Virus record (IMG/VR): IMGVR_UViG_3300036915_000009
Coordinates: 1-58,855 of that record
Length of the DNA: 58,855 nucleotides
Source of the DNA: a virus
Taxonomy: Duplodnaviria > Caudoviricetes
Direction: 5' to 3' (one strand)
Both the position numbers and the translations under genes were made by a program. Below, piece after piece: positions 35,524 to 45,483 of this stretch. Below the pieces are notes generated by a model. That model saw nothing but the letters and a program-made list of their open reading frames with translations, was not told where the DNA came from and ran no database searches. The stretch's first letter is position 1. Each line of letters starts with the position of its first letter.

Positions 35524-38442
35524 TTACAGCAAAGTGCCGATCCCGGAGGTGAAGCCCGGATCAGGTAGACCCGCGATCGATCCGCCGTTGCGAACCACGT
35601 CCTTGCCCTGGTTGGTGGAGATGGATCGGATCCGGCAACGACAGTTGTAGCCGAAGGGTGGCGTGGCGCGCTGCCAGAAGGGATCGGCGGCGGCCAGAAC
35701 GATCCCATGCACCGCTTGGTGTGATGAACGCTGGCGCGGGGGGCCGTCGTTCACGGTCATGATCTGCCAGAAGGGTCGGAGCTCCAACACCTCAGGCTGG
35801 CGCATTTGGCGGACGCGTCCGCCGTTGTAACCGCTGATCACATTCGTTCGGAAAATGGTCTCTACGTGGCTCGGGTTGGCGGGGGTCCAGCCGGCGGCTT
35901 CGAAACGAGCGACGGCATTCTTTCCGAAGTCCGCCAGATCCGCCCCAATGGCGAGCTGACGCATCAACTCACGTTTGACGGTGCGCACCATCTCCTCGTT
36001 TGCAGCGCGCGCCACAGTGAATGCCCGGCGCTGCGCCGCCTTGCTCATCGAGTCGAATACGTCCCTGGTGACGGCTTCCTTGTCCAGGAACACCCGGATC
36101 GCTTCTTCGATGGGACGCGCAGCGAAGCGTGGATCCCGCTCGGCAAGTAGGTGCGTCGGGTGCAAGGCGGTGAAGCTCTCGACGGCGACCGGCTTGTTCT
36201 CTTCAGCTTCAAAGTCCGCATCCAGCGCGCCGAGCATGCCGCCCTGAAGAAGCTCGCGCTCGATGGGCTCGGCGATTTTGCCATTGTCGAAGCGCTTTGC
36301 CGCTGCTTCGATGGCAGCGCGGATCGATCGCGCGGTCTTCTTGCCTTGCACTGCCTCTACCAGCTCGCGAGCGAAAGCCCCGGTGCCGCTTGCGCTCGTT
36401 TCCGCCACGCCTCGGGTCACGAGAGTATCGGGCGATCCATTCACGCTCTCAGGCTGCACCGCCAGGCATACCGTGGATCCGTGCAAGGCGCAGGCGTGAT
36501 GGGTCGTGGTCTCCGGATCGCGCAATAGCTCCGGACGCCACTCGATCGACTGGCCATCGATTGCGGCGGACAGTATGCCATCCACATCGCACTGCTCGCC
36601 GGCCGTGATGGGTCGAGCTTGCCGCGCCGCTTCGGTTAGTGCTGGCGGCGAGCTTGCCTTGGGTTTGCGGATCGGACGCCAAGCGATCGACCACACCGGC
36701 TCGCCATCGTCAGCGAGTTCGACATCACGAACGCGCTCGATGCCGCATTTGTGGCAGCGGTTGCTGTGCCCATGCTCGCACCGCACGATGCCGAGTTCAG
36801 TCATCTTCGCGGCGAGCGCTTCGATCATCTCGTCCGGTGTGTCCTCGTCGGCCGTCATCGCGGTAGCACCGCCGTCCGGCGGGGGCTCTGGCGGTGGACC
36901 CGCTGGCGGTGGACCCGCGTCACCGGATGGCGGCGGGGTTCCGCTCGGCCCGTTATCGTTGGTGGGAACGTTCAGGCCGATAAACGGGGTATCGGTGATC
37001 TCGCCAGGCGGTGGCGCTTGGCCGACGGGGTAAATGATCGTTGGCGCGGGCGGTGGAGCGACCATGCCGGGCTCCGATGGTCGTTGGATGGTGCGAAGGA
37101 ACGGCTCGCCTTCCTTCAACTCGCGGAAACCCATCTTCTGGCGCGCTTCCTCGAGCGAGACATCGATCCCAATTCGGAGAGCTTTCTCGATCCGATCGCC
37201 TTCCTGCAATCGATCGAGCGGTGGATCGGTGGACAGCAGAAAGCGAGGCGCGTGCCGGATCTCGTTTGGTCCAAAGTTGACCGCGATCATGGCGTCGGTT
37301 ACCGCCGACTCCACCGCTTCCGCCAGGCGTCTGGCATCGGACGCGATGAGCAGATCTTCCTCGGTGACGTGGGCGTCACCAATCGAGGATCCGAGCCCGG
37401 TGCTGACCGCGTCGGTCGTGCCGGTCGAGCCGAGCACGAGCTTGCTCAGGACCTTCATGGCGTGATCGATCGTTTGGTCGTGAACGTCTCCCGCGCCCTT
37501 CTGGGGTTGTGTGATCTGCACCTCCATCCCCGGCGGCATCCGGGCGGTGCTTTGCGCTCCGAGCGCGTTGATCTGCTCGAAGGCGCTGTTGAGCGATTCG
37601 GTGTTGTGAGGCAGATCACCCTTCGGCATGACAATGCGCCAAGGCTTGCCGAACAACTCCAGCAGCGCGAGGCGTTCTCTCGTCCCGAAGCGACAGAAAA
37701 ACGACCAGTAGAGGGTCCGCGGGCTCAGCCCTTCGCGCTCCTGGTAGTCACCGAACATCCGGGGCTTGTGGACGACGAATTTGTAGGGCACTTCTTCGAT
37801 CGCGAAGCCGACGCCGGGTTGAAAGCCAGAGCCATCGCGAGCTGAGTCCACCACACGCAAATCGCGGTTGGGTCCGAAGGACAGCCGGCGGGGGTGGATC
37901 CAGTGCAGATCGTCAATTCGCCACCACCGGCCGTCAGCGCACCAACCGAGTTCGCTCGCTGCGCGGCCGTCGAAGGTGCCCCAGGCCAGATCCATGATGC
38001 GCTCGCGAAAGTTCGGAAGCAGCTCCAACTGGTGGCGCACAAACGTCGCATAGGCTTCCGCCTTGCCCTCGTCGATGCCTTGGCCTTGTGCTGGCTCCAC
38101 AAGCCAATCGAGCGCTGCCACGCGGTTCAATCGCTTCTGCAACAGCGCTGAGAGATGACCGTCGAGCGCCACCGTCTCGCGGGACAAGTCGGTCATGGGC
38201 CGCATGAACCCGTGGTTAGCGCAGCGGATCGAGTAATCGATCCTCGTGAGATCCAGCGAGCGGCCGAAGTGGGTCCGGTAGTTTTCCTGCTGGGGAATGA
38301 TGGCGCCCACGTACGTCCGTTGCAGCACCCCACGATCCGGTGGGGGCGCGGTGGCTGCGGATGCCTGGCGCCTACGAGGTCGAAAGTTCCGTGCTGTGCT
38401 GTTCACGGTCCGCAGCGTACCCGCTCGCGCGGTGCGTTGCAC
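35524..38442 (-). CDS. Portal (Mu gp29 / DUF935-like) fused to a head morphogenesis domain (Mu gpF / SPP1 gp7-like)
   Basis: N: DGHLSALLQKR, ELFGKP, SKLVLGSTGT; C: RRAFTVA, ETIFRTN, PPFGYNCRC; exact start uncertain. Confidence 0.85.
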   Translation of the reverse strand: MQRTARAGTLRTVNSTARNFRPRRRQASAATAPPPDRGVLQRTYVGAIIPQQENYRTHFGRSLDLTRIDYSIRCANHGFMRPMTDLSRETVALDGHLSALLQKRLNRVAALDWLVEPAQGQGIDEGKAEAYATFVRHQLELLPNFRERIMDLAWGTFDGRAASELGWCADGRWWRIDDLHWIHPRRLSFGPNRDLRVVDSARDGSGFQPGVGFAIEEVPYKFVVHKPRMFGDYQEREGLSPRTLYWSFFCRFGTRERLALLELFGKPWRIVMPKGDLPHNTESLNSAFEQINALGAQSTARMPPGMEVQITQPQKGAGDVHDQTIDHAMKVLSKLVLGSTGTTDAVSTGLGSSIGDAHVTEEDLLIASDARRLAEAVESAVTDAMIAVNFGPNEIRHAPRFLLSTDPPLDRLQEGDRIEKALRIGIDVSLEEARQKMGFRELKEGEPFLRTIQRPSEPGMVAPPPAPTIIYPVGQAPPPGEITDTPFIGLNVPTNDNGPSGTPPPSGDAGPPPAGPPPEPPPDGGATAMTADEDTPDEMIEALAAKMTELGIVRCEHGHSNRCHKCGIERVRDVELADDGEPVWSIAWRPIRKPKASSPPALTEAARQARPITAGEQCDVDGILSAAIDGQSIEWRPELLRDPETTTHHACALHGSTVCLAVQPESVNGSPDTLVTRGVAETSASGTGAFARELVEAVQGKKTARSIRAAIEAAAKRFDNGKIAEPIERELLQGGMLGALDADFEAEENKPVAVESFTALHPTHLLAERDPRFAARPIEEAIRVFLDKEAVTRDVFDSMSKAAQRRAFTVARAANEEMVRTVKRELMRQLAIGADLADFGKNAVARFEAAGWTPANPSHVETIFRTNVISGYNGGRVRQMRQPEVLELRPFWQIMTVNDGPPRQRSSHQAVHGIVLAAADPFWQRATPPFGYNCRCRIRSISTNQGKDVVRNGGSIAGLPDPGFTSGIGTLL

Positions 38443-38523
38443 TGGCTCTGGCGGTTTGCTGCGCTTGTAGAGATCCCGAAACCTGTATATGGATCACTTC
38501 CGGAGGGAGGCAAGACCAAATTC

Positions 38524-39072
38524 GTGCGTAGAACCTTGGGCAGTGTTCGCTACTCAGGCGACTTGGGGGACTGGATCGTCGAGGACGCCAGAACGTTCTC
38601 GTTGGAGCTTCGCGCTGATTGGAAGTCGGGGCCGTGGCAGCACGAGCCCGATCGCGTGCTGTGGCGCACCGAGCAAGCCCCCGATCTGGTGATGCTCATC
38701 AGCCGGGGGCCGCTCGGCAGTTTCAACGGCTACGTGGGAGTCCCCAAGGGCCATCCCGCCTTCGGCGCATCGTATGAGTCACCCGATCAGCGGTTGGAGC
38801 ATATGGAAGTCCATGGTGGAGTCACGTACACGAACCACGGAAGTCCGTTCATCACCAGCACTTTCGGGCTGGTCGATGACTTGTGGTGGATCGGCTTCGA
38901 TTGCGGCCACGCGGGGGACTTCACTCCTTCCATCCATGCGCGGGCAAGGGTCGGAAACGAGCAATACAGGGATCTCGCTTACGTCCGTTTCGAGGTCGAG
39001 CTACTGGCGGCGCAACTTCAGATCATGGCCGAGCGTGCTCGGCAGACAACAGAAGGGAAACAAAACCAATGA
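38524..39072 (+). CDS. Hypothetical phage protein
   Basis: GYVGVPKGHP...VHGGVTY...WWIGFDCGHAGD; start uncertain. Confidence 0.7.
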   Translation: MRRTLGSVRYSGDLGDWIVEDARTFSLELRADWKSGPWQHEPDRVLWRTEQAPDLVMLISRGPLGSFNGYVGVPKGHPAFGASYESPDQRLEHMEVHGGVTYTNHGSPFITSTFGLVDDLWWIGFDCGHAGDFTPSIHARARVGNEQYRDLAYVRFEVELLAAQLQIMAERARQTTEGKQNQ

Positions 39073-39503
39073 CCAACAAATCTCAATTGCCGAAGCCTGT
39101 GCGTAGGGGCAACGGCCGCTTTTTCGGCGCCGAAACGATCGAAGCTGCGACCAAGGCCATTGCAGACGGTGTGATCGATGTCGCCGGGATGGCAGAGCAT
39201 CTCGGCACCAGCCCCGGCACAGTACGCAAGTGGGTGCGGGCGGAAGGCGCACCCAAGCCGAGAAGAAAAAAGCGCAGCAGCAAGAAGAAGCGCAGGCATC
39301 AGCAGCGCGACGAGCTGGTGGAGACTTCACCGGAGACTTCACCGGAGACTCCACCGGAGACCGAGCAAACGCCCGTTGCCGATCCGCTGCTGCGCACCAT
39401 GATCGAGCGCTATCGCAAGGCCTACGAGGACATCGCAAGCTACATCCGCGGTTGCGGCATCGACCCCGATCAGGTCACGCGCAACCCAATGCTGCGGCCA
39501 TGA
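39069..39503 (+). CDS. HTH DNA-binding protein
   Basis: VAGMAEHLGTSPGTVRKWVR; 12-bp tandem repeat encoding ETSP. Confidence 0.65.
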   Translation: MTNKSQLPKPVRRGNGRFFGAETIEAATKAIADGVIDVAGMAEHLGTSPGTVRKWVRAEGAPKPRRKKRSSKKKRRHQQRDELVETSPETSPETPPETEQTPVADPLLRTMIERYRKAYEDIASYIRGCGIDPDQVTRNPMLRP

Positions 39504-39931
39504 TCGAGGGACCCTTTCTCTACGAGGGCGAGGAGTATCAGAGCCTTCTTGCCCTCCAGGTTAGATGCGCTTCCCTCTACCACCAGGATCGCGATCGGTG
39601 GTGGCTCTATCATCGGGAGGTGGGAGAGTTGCCGGATCGGCAGTTCCTCGGCTTTGTGGTCGAGACGGGCCCAAACGGAACGGACGTCGTTCTGCAGCCG
39701 GTGCCGCAGACCCTTTGGCTGCAGCCCATGGGTGCAAACTTGCGGCTATCACTGGGGCCAACGGATGGAGTGACCTTCAATTCGAACTATTGCTTCGCTG
39801 ACCGCGCCGCCGCTTGGCAGGCGGCGCTCTCGTGGGACGGCCACGGTGATCCAGATGGCTGGATCCGTCACATCGAGAGTGGGCGGCGAAGGCCTGAAGG
39901 CGATCCGGCGCGAGAATACTACCGCGTTTGA
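39500..39931 (+). CDS. Hypothetical protein
   Basis: ATGA-coupled; WDGHGDPDGWIRH..SGRRRP. Confidence 0.65.
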   Translation: MIEGPFLYEGEEYQSLLALQVRCASLYHQDRDRWWLYHREVGELPDRQFLGFVVETGPNGTDVVLQPVPQTLWLQPMGANLRLSLGPTDGVTFNSNYCFADRAAAWQAALSWDGHGDPDGWIRHIESGRRRPEGDPAREYYRV

Positions 39932-40212
39932 GCTTTGCGTGGGCGGTGGCTACGCCATGCGGTGGTAGCCGCCTCCCACGCGCTGCGGACCCGTTGCAGA
40001 AGGGGAGGCGCTGGGTCGAGTTCGCACAGCAACGCTTCGGCCTGCAGTCGCGCCTGTTCAGCGCGCTGGCGCAGCGCAGCCACCTGTGATGCCACTTGCC
40101 GGGCGTCCTTCAGCAATTCAGGGTGCTGGCTGATTCGTTCGATGGCTTCCGCCTCGCCGATGGTGCGACCGAAGCCAACGAAGAGCCCGGCGGCGTCGCG
40201 CAGTTTGTTCAT
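39919..40212 (-). CDS. Hypothetical coiled-coil protein
   Basis: TGATG-coupled to the upstream gene. Confidence 0.5.
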   Translation of the reverse strand: MNKLRDAAGLFVGFGRTIGEAEAIERISQHPELLKDARQVASQVAALRQRAEQARLQAEALLCELDPAPPLLQRVRSAWEAATTAWRSHRPRKAQTR

Positions 40213-40529
40213 CAGTGGGGGCGCTCCAGATTGGCGAGTCGCCGGACGTATTCCTCCGCCTCGGCACGCAGCCTCGCAATGGCCGCTTCGTGATGACCCC
40301 GGAGGCGATCGAAGTGACGGTCTGCTGTCGTCCAAAGCAGAAAGCTCAGCAGGGCCGCAAAAACAAACGCCCAGTCCCAAGAGAAACTGAACCCGAGCAC
40401 CATGCCGCACGGCATGGTGAGGATCGCAGCAAAAGTGAAGCGGCGCCAAAGCGTATGGTGCCGACAATACTGTTCCCGAGCCAGCAGCTGCGGCTCGCGG
40501 GTTCGCTTGGATAGTAGTAGTGGAAACAT
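40212..40529 (-). CDS. Two-TM membrane protein
   Basis: Two hydrophobic segments; follows the terminase. Confidence 0.55.
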   Translation of the reverse strand: MFPLLLSKRTREPQLLAREQYCRHHTLWRRFTFAAILTMPCGMVLGFSFSWDWAFVFAALLSFLLWTTADRHFDRLRGHHEAAIARLRAEAEEYVRRLANLERPH

Positions 40530-40551
40530 TGGCCTCGGTCTTCTGCTGGCT

Positions 40552-42066
40552 TTAGAACGGCGAGGATGCCATGGCGGTCGGGCTGCCCCCTTGCGCTTGG
40601 GCCAGGGCGGCCAGCGCGTGCTCTGAATAGTCGTATAGCTGGGTCAGAGCGTCAATCCGGTTGTCCTTCCCGCCGGGCTTTCCGGTGAAGCGCTTCGCTT
40701 CCTTGTGAAAGCCATCGACCCAGGGAGCGGCGATCGGAGTTCGGATCCGCCCCTTGTTCCAGGCGTTGCCCGCCGGCTGCGCTCGGAACCATTTGTCGCC
40801 CTTCGGAGTGACCGGGTAGATCGAAAGTTGTTTGTTCAGTCGGCGCGCCACCTTGCTGAGCGCCTTGAACGCGCTGACTTCCTCGAGCAGGATGGGTGCG
40901 CCGGGGAAGACCTGCGTTTGCAGCACCTGAAGATAGTCCAATAGCTCGGGCCAGTCGCGCCACTGGTCCTCAGCCAGCAGGACGTCCACGTACACATCGA
41001 AGTCTGGCTTGCCCGGCGCCCAGTACGGCGAAGGCAGGCGGTAGCACGAGCCGACGAGGATGCCGCTGGAGTCGCGCATTTTGTTGTCCTCTACGCCCGG
41101 GTCGACCGAGATCATGACCACTGCGCCGTCGACCCGGGGCGATGTGTAGCGAGCCGGATCGCGGAACAGGGTGTCGCCGCGCGGCCGCCGATCGGTCTGC
41201 CACTGGGAAAACCAATCGTAGTCCCCAGAGTTGTATTTGCGCCGAGCGAGTTCCTTCAGCGACCAGCGAGCGGGCCACAGCGGGGTGCCGCCGATGAGTC
41301 TTCCGGTCTTCTCATCGTACACGGCATCAATGACGGCGGGCAGGCTGATGACTTCCCACTCTTGGCCGTCGTTGCCCTTGCCCATGCCGTCCTTCAGCTG
41401 AGCGATCACATCGAGATCGTTCCACGCTTGGTGCGTGATGAACGCCGAGCCACCGGGGTCGATGCGGTCGGAGAGCATGCCGCGCCAGGTGTCCATGGCG
41501 GCGTCCTGGATGGTGGGGCTCTCGGCCTCCTGGCGATCCTTAAACGGATCGTCATAGACGATCTTTGCGTAGCCATCGCCTTTGAACGAGCTGCGCCGGC
41601 CGCCAGCGGTGAAGCTCCCGCCTTCCACCGTGCCCCAGTGGCTGACGGCTGCGGACGGATCGAAGCGCTTGCCGCCGGGTGGTTGCGAGCGCTGGTCCTC
41701 GCCCACCCAAACGCCGCTTCTGACGGCGATGTCTCGGCACTTGCGGCTCTTTCGCAGCGCCAGCGGCGACGAATACGAGCAATAGGCGATCTCGTCCTGG
41801 GGTCTGTAGCGCAGCCGCCGGGCGCAACCGTGAAGCAGCGTATCCGTCTTGCCATGGCGGCAAGACACCTCCACCAGGGCATAGACTGGCTCGGTCATCG
41901 AGCGATCCAGCGCATCGAGCAACGGCGCCAAGTGCTCGGGGCGCTGATACTCGGGGGTATTGAGTTCGATGAACAGGCCGAGGTCATGCTCCGCCATGTC
42001 GACGAGCGCGCTTTGGCGGGCTCGCGCGCGTTGCTCTAGCTCGTAGTCATCGGCAACCGCTGTCAC
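40552..42066 (-). CDS. terL: Terminase large subunit
   Basis: Walker A variant SCRHGKT, Walker B IVYDDPFKD, LWPARW, nuclease SVDPG...DNRIDALTQ. Confidence 0.92.
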   Translation of the reverse strand: MTAVADDYELEQRARARQSALVDMAEHDLGLFIELNTPEYQRPEHLAPLLDALDRSMTEPVYALVEVSCRHGKTDTLLHGCARRLRYRPQDEIAYCSYSSPLALRKSRKCRDIAVRSGVWVGEDQRSQPPGGKRFDPSAAVSHWGTVEGGSFTAGGRRSSFKGDGYAKIVYDDPFKDRQEAESPTIQDAAMDTWRGMLSDRIDPGGSAFITHQAWNDLDVIAQLKDGMGKGNDGQEWEVISLPAVIDAVYDEKTGRLIGGTPLWPARWSLKELARRKYNSGDYDWFSQWQTDRRPRGDTLFRDPARYTSPRVDGAVVMISVDPGVEDNKMRDSSGILVGSCYRLPSPYWAPGKPDFDVYVDVLLAEDQWRDWPELLDYLQVLQTQVFPGAPILLEEVSAFKALSKVARRLNKQLSIYPVTPKGDKWFRAQPAGNAWNKGRIRTPIAAPWVDGFHKEAKRFTGKPGGKDNRIDALTQLYDYSEHALAALAQAQGGSPTAMASSPF

Positions 42067-42413
42067 CGGGCCTTCGCGTGGGTCAGGTTCCGAGCGCGCG
42101 CCTCCAGTGAACGGATCGCCCTAGCGAGGCGCTGCTGGCGCTCTCTATTGGTGGTCAGGCGCTCTTGTTCTCGGAAGTCCTCGATGACCGCCGAGTAGGT
42201 TTTAAGCGCGCAATCGGCGCAGGCAAACACGCTGTGCTCGTGGTCGTGCACCCACTGACCGCGCTCGGTCAGCCGCGAGCACTTCGGGCACTCGCGGACC
42301 GCCCGCTTGCCCTCCGGCACATAACTCGCCATGGGGAAGCCCAGGCCATTGAGCACCGGGACGTTGGGGCATTGGGGGCAGATCTGTTGGTCGCTGTGGC
42401 GGCACGCCATCAA
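42063..42413 (-). CDS. Zinc-finger protein
   Basis: CPQC, CPKC, CADC. Confidence 0.6.
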   Translation of the reverse strand: MMACRHSDQQICPQCPNVPVLNGLGFPMASYVPEGKRAVRECPKCSRLTERGQWVHDHEHSVFACADCALKTYSAVIEDFREQERLTTNRERQQRLARAIRSLEARARNLTHAKAR

Positions 42414-42976
42414 TGGATCCGATCGTCGTCTGCTGCGGCGAGCGCCGTTTGCATCGTCATGCGTGCCGCTCGCCGCGGTTTCCTCCCCGTCTCCGCATAG
42501 GCAAGTTTCTCCTGTGGCGTCCAGCCCTCGAACTCATCTACCCGGGGGTTGATGTCGAAGCGCTTGGCAGGCTCGATACCGAGGTAGAAGCCATACGCGC
42601 GGGTGGCATCGAGCGCCACACGCAAGCCGTTGGGGTGACCGTTCGCCATGGCCTTCGCTCGAATGACCTCGAAGATCTGCAGCATGGCCGCTCTCGCGTC
42701 CGCCTGCGCCTCCGGATCGGTCCGGATCGCCTTGCGCACCATGCGGCTCGCCTCGGCGCTCATCTTGCGGATGGTGTTCGGTGAAAGGCGCCACCGCTTC
42801 GCGAAGTGCTTTTCAGTTACTCCAGTCAGCCAAGCGCCGCGCATCATATGATCGAAGATCTCCTCGATCCGCTTCTCGCGCTCGCTCAGCGAGTTCTGCC
42901 AGCCTCGGTACGTCTCCGGGCTGGGCTTCGGTGGCAACGGGGGTGCCGGCTTGCTGCGTTTACGCTTTGTTGCCAC
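42410..42976 (-). CDS. Putative terminase small subunit
   Basis: HTH-like N-terminal half, helical; upstream of terL. Confidence 0.6.
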   Translation of the reverse strand: MATKRKRSKPAPPLPPKPSPETYRGWQNSLSEREKRIEEIFDHMMRGAWLTGVTEKHFAKRWRLSPNTIRKMSAEASRMVRKAIRTDPEAQADARAAMLQIFEVIRAKAMANGHPNGLRVALDATRAYGFYLGIEPAKRFDINPRVDEFEGWTPQEKLAYAETGRKPRRAARMTMQTALAAADDDRIH

Positions 42977-44087
42977 TGATCAACCCACTGGCTTTGCTGG
43001 CGGCCTCGCCGCAATATTCGAAGGTAGCGCACGGTCGACCCCCAACACTCTTGCTCAACCCGCTGGTGGTGGACGTCGCTGAAGCCGCGTTCCGGAAGCC
43101 CGGTTTCTTTATGATGGTCCAGCACCGCGAGCGATCGAAGGCGCCGATCAAAGAGGGGTGGGCGGGGTAAGTGCGAAGCCGCTTACCTTCCGCCTTGTGC
43201 TCGGCGCCGAGCTTATCCACCAGAGCCATGGCAAGCCCCATGCCCTGCCAGTCGGGCAAGGTGACTAGTCTCGACACCTGGTGGACCACCTTGCCGCGAT
43301 CGGGGCCGTTGGATACCGGTATCCAGAGCAGCCCCGCGAAGGCAGCCAACCGCCCATTCGCCCATAGGCCGAAGCAGTGGGCGCCCCGGTGTAGCTCGGC
43401 CGTCAGATAGTGAAACGGAGCGAAGAGCGCCCACGCGGAGTGGGGTAGCCTCCCAACGACACATTCAACGGGCGGGCGTCGTTGAAGTAACCTCCGGGTG
43501 AATTGCCGCGTCGCCATGTCGAGCACCCAGTCGGGCTGGAGCCAGTCGACCAGATCGTGGTGGCAGGTGACGCCGACAAAGCGCTTGCCGTTGCGCCGGC
43601 AATACTTCTGCACCGCGTGGGCGCCGATCTGGGCGACCTGACGATCCACCACTGAGGTGAACTCATCGACCACGATCGGATCGCCGCCTTCGATCATCCG
43701 CCTGGCGAGCTCTACCCGGAATTGCTCGCCGTTGGACAGCACGGCGAAGGGTCGCATCCACGCCGGGATGGTGTTGAAGCCAACCGCCTGGCAAACGGCG
43801 GCCACATCCTTGGTTGCGAGGCCCTTCGGGAAGTCATCGATGACGCTCAGGCCCGTCCACGAGAGCGGCTTTGGCTCGCCCCACACTTCCCGCATGAAGG
43901 TGCTTTTGCCCGAGCCGCTTGGTCCGCATACGAGGCCAACCGACCACGGCTCCCCCTCCAGGTCGACTTCTATATCCCACTCCAGCTTGCACTTCTCCCC
44001 CACCGGGGCGTCAAACATGGACGACAGCTGGCGAGCGCGCACCGAGTTGCTCAGCTTGGTCTCTACGCTGAATTGCACGCGTTGCAT
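42960..44087 (-). CDS. ABC-type ATPase fused to a GNAT (Mom-like) acyltransferase
   Basis: GPSGSGKS, LSNGE, IVVDEF, TCH; C-terminal VSRLVTLPDWQGMGLA acyl-CoA motif. Confidence 0.8.
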   Translation of the reverse strand: MQRVQFSVETKLSNSVRARQLSSMFDAPVGEKCKLEWDIEVDLEGEPWSVGLVCGPSGSGKSTFMREVWGEPKPLSWTGLSVIDDFPKGLATKDVAAVCQAVGFNTIPAWMRPFAVLSNGEQFRVELARRMIEGGDPIVVDEFTSVVDRQVAQIGAHAVQKYCRRNGKRFVGVTCHHDLVDWLQPDWVLDMATRQFTRRLLQRRPPVECVVGRLPHSAWALFAPFHYLTAELHRGAHCFGLWANGRLAAFAGLLWIPVSNGPDRGKVVHQVSRLVTLPDWQGMGLAMALVDKLGAEHKAEGKRLRTYPAHPSLIGAFDRSRCWTIIKKPGFRNAASATSTTSGLSKSVGGRPCATFEYCGEAASKASGLISGNKA

Positions 44088-44665
44088 CAGCCCACCCACG
44101 GTTTGCAGGTGAGACCATCGGCCTCGAGCCGTTCCATCACCTCGCTCTGGTGGTCCTCGTCGCGGCACTCCACGATGACCGAAAACGAGAGCCCCGAGCC
44201 AAGTGCTTGCCTGGACTCCTTGGGCCAAGGCGCGAACATCAGCGATTTGATCTCCTTTTCCTGAAAGCCGGCGGTCATCCAATCGTTTGGGTCCAGCTCG
44301 CCCAGCCCCACCACCTCGCCGAGCTTGCCAGCGTCCCACTTGCTCTTTTCGCCGAGCTTGTTGTCAGCGACGGCGAGCGCATGCGCTTTCTTCGCCGGCA
44401 AGGACACCCAGCGGACCGGCACCTTGTCCTCGCCCAGACGTTCGGCGGCGAGTAGCGCGGTGTGGCCGACGATGATCTCGCCCTCCAGACCCTTGTGACG
44501 GTTTGCAATGATGGGGCGTCCCCACCCAAACCGTTTGATCGACTCGGCGACGAGCGCGATCGACTCCTCATTGTCTCGCGGGTTCAGAGCCCAGGGCTTC
44601 AGCGATGAACGCTTGACCCATTGGAACTCTTCTTCACTACCCGCGGCACTAGTCCGCTTGGGCAT
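44087..44665 (-). CDS. ParB N-terminal (Srx-like) domain protein
   Basis: LKPWALNPR...SIKRFGWGRPII...IIVGH...ADNKL; no C-terminal HTH. Confidence 0.85.
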   Translation of the reverse strand: MPKRTSAAGSEEEFQWVKRSSLKPWALNPRDNEESIALVAESIKRFGWGRPIIANRHKGLEGEIIVGHTALLAAERLGEDKVPVRWVSLPAKKAHALAVADNKLGEKSKWDAGKLGEVVGLGELDPNDWMTAGFQEKEIKSLMFAPWPKESRQALGSGLSFSVIVECRDEDHQSEVMERLEADGLTCKPWVG

Positions 44666-44957
44666 TGATCTCGGTCTCCTTTTTTCGTCCCGCGCCTGGG
44701 CTCGTTTCGTTCCCATCGTACACAGCGAGGGTCGACCCGTCCACGAGAACGCGAGCCAGGGGGACGAGGGCGGGCGAGGTGACGCCCGCGCGCGGGGGGC
44801 TAGATAGTCACTCGCGGGCGGGCGCGGGGCGTTCCTCGCGCATCCTCGCGGGTCTATGCGCGAGGGGTGTTTCAGCCCCGAACAGAGCCGTTTTTCCGCT
44901 GTTTTATGCGGTTTGCGCGTTGCGCCCCCTTGGGCCTCCGTAAGACTGTAAAGGGTG

Positions 44958-45125
44958 ATGACGTTGACTCTCTCAGAAGCAAAAGCGCGACTCTCTGCAA
45001 TGAATCGCGAGATCAAGGAACTGCAGAACTTGGCCCCGTCCGTTCGACGCGGGATGCGACAAGCACGACTGCAGTCACTCAAACAACAGCGCGCGGGTCT
45101 GTTGAACGCGTTGCGAGCACTCTAA
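44958..45125 (+). CDS. 55-aa coiled-coil protein (below the ORF-track cutoff)
   Basis: MTLTLSEAKARLSAMNREIKELQN...LLNALRAL; ends just before the first leader motif. Confidence 0.45.
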   Translation: MTLTLSEAKARLSAMNREIKELQNLAPSVRRGMRQARLQSLKQQRAGLLNALRAL

Positions 45126-45151
45126 GAGAGAACGAAAGGAACCCAAGACCA

Positions 45152-45457
45152 ATGAGCTACGAACTATCGTTTTCCCCCGAGTTCTTTTTCGCAGAAGGCG
45201 AGCCCTACGATACCAGCGAACTGTCTTTAGACGAGCAAGGCCGCCCGACGAGCGTCTACAGCGCGCTGAGTCTCATCGCACAAAACGACCCGGCGCGGTG
45301 GCGTGAGATCGCGGACTCTATCGGCATGGATGCGGAGTACGTGAGCGTTGAGGACATCGTGGGCACGATCATCGAAACGAACACTTGCTCGAACATTGAC
45401 ACGCCCGTCCACGTCTGGGTCGACCCCGAAGGCGAGCACACAGTCGCCGTTTACTAA
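45152..45457 (+). CDS. Acidic hypothetical protein
   Basis: Starts at the leader motif. Confidence 0.75.
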   Translation: MSYELSFSPEFFFAEGEPYDTSELSLDEQGRPTSVYSALSLIAQNDPARWREIADSIGMDAEYVSVEDIVGTIIETNTCSNIDTPVHVWVDPEGEHTVAVY

Positions 45458-45483
45458 CTCTGTCTGAAAGGAAACCAAGACCA

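Noticed and set aside
42960-44339. 459-aa ORF as listed in the track
   Set aside because: The first 84 codons overlap the ParB-N gene; ATG 44087 in a TGATG junction is the better start
44087-44665. ParB-N protein as the partner of the parS-like sites
   Set aside because: Too short, lacks an HTH, has no ParA neighbour and sits in the terminase operon
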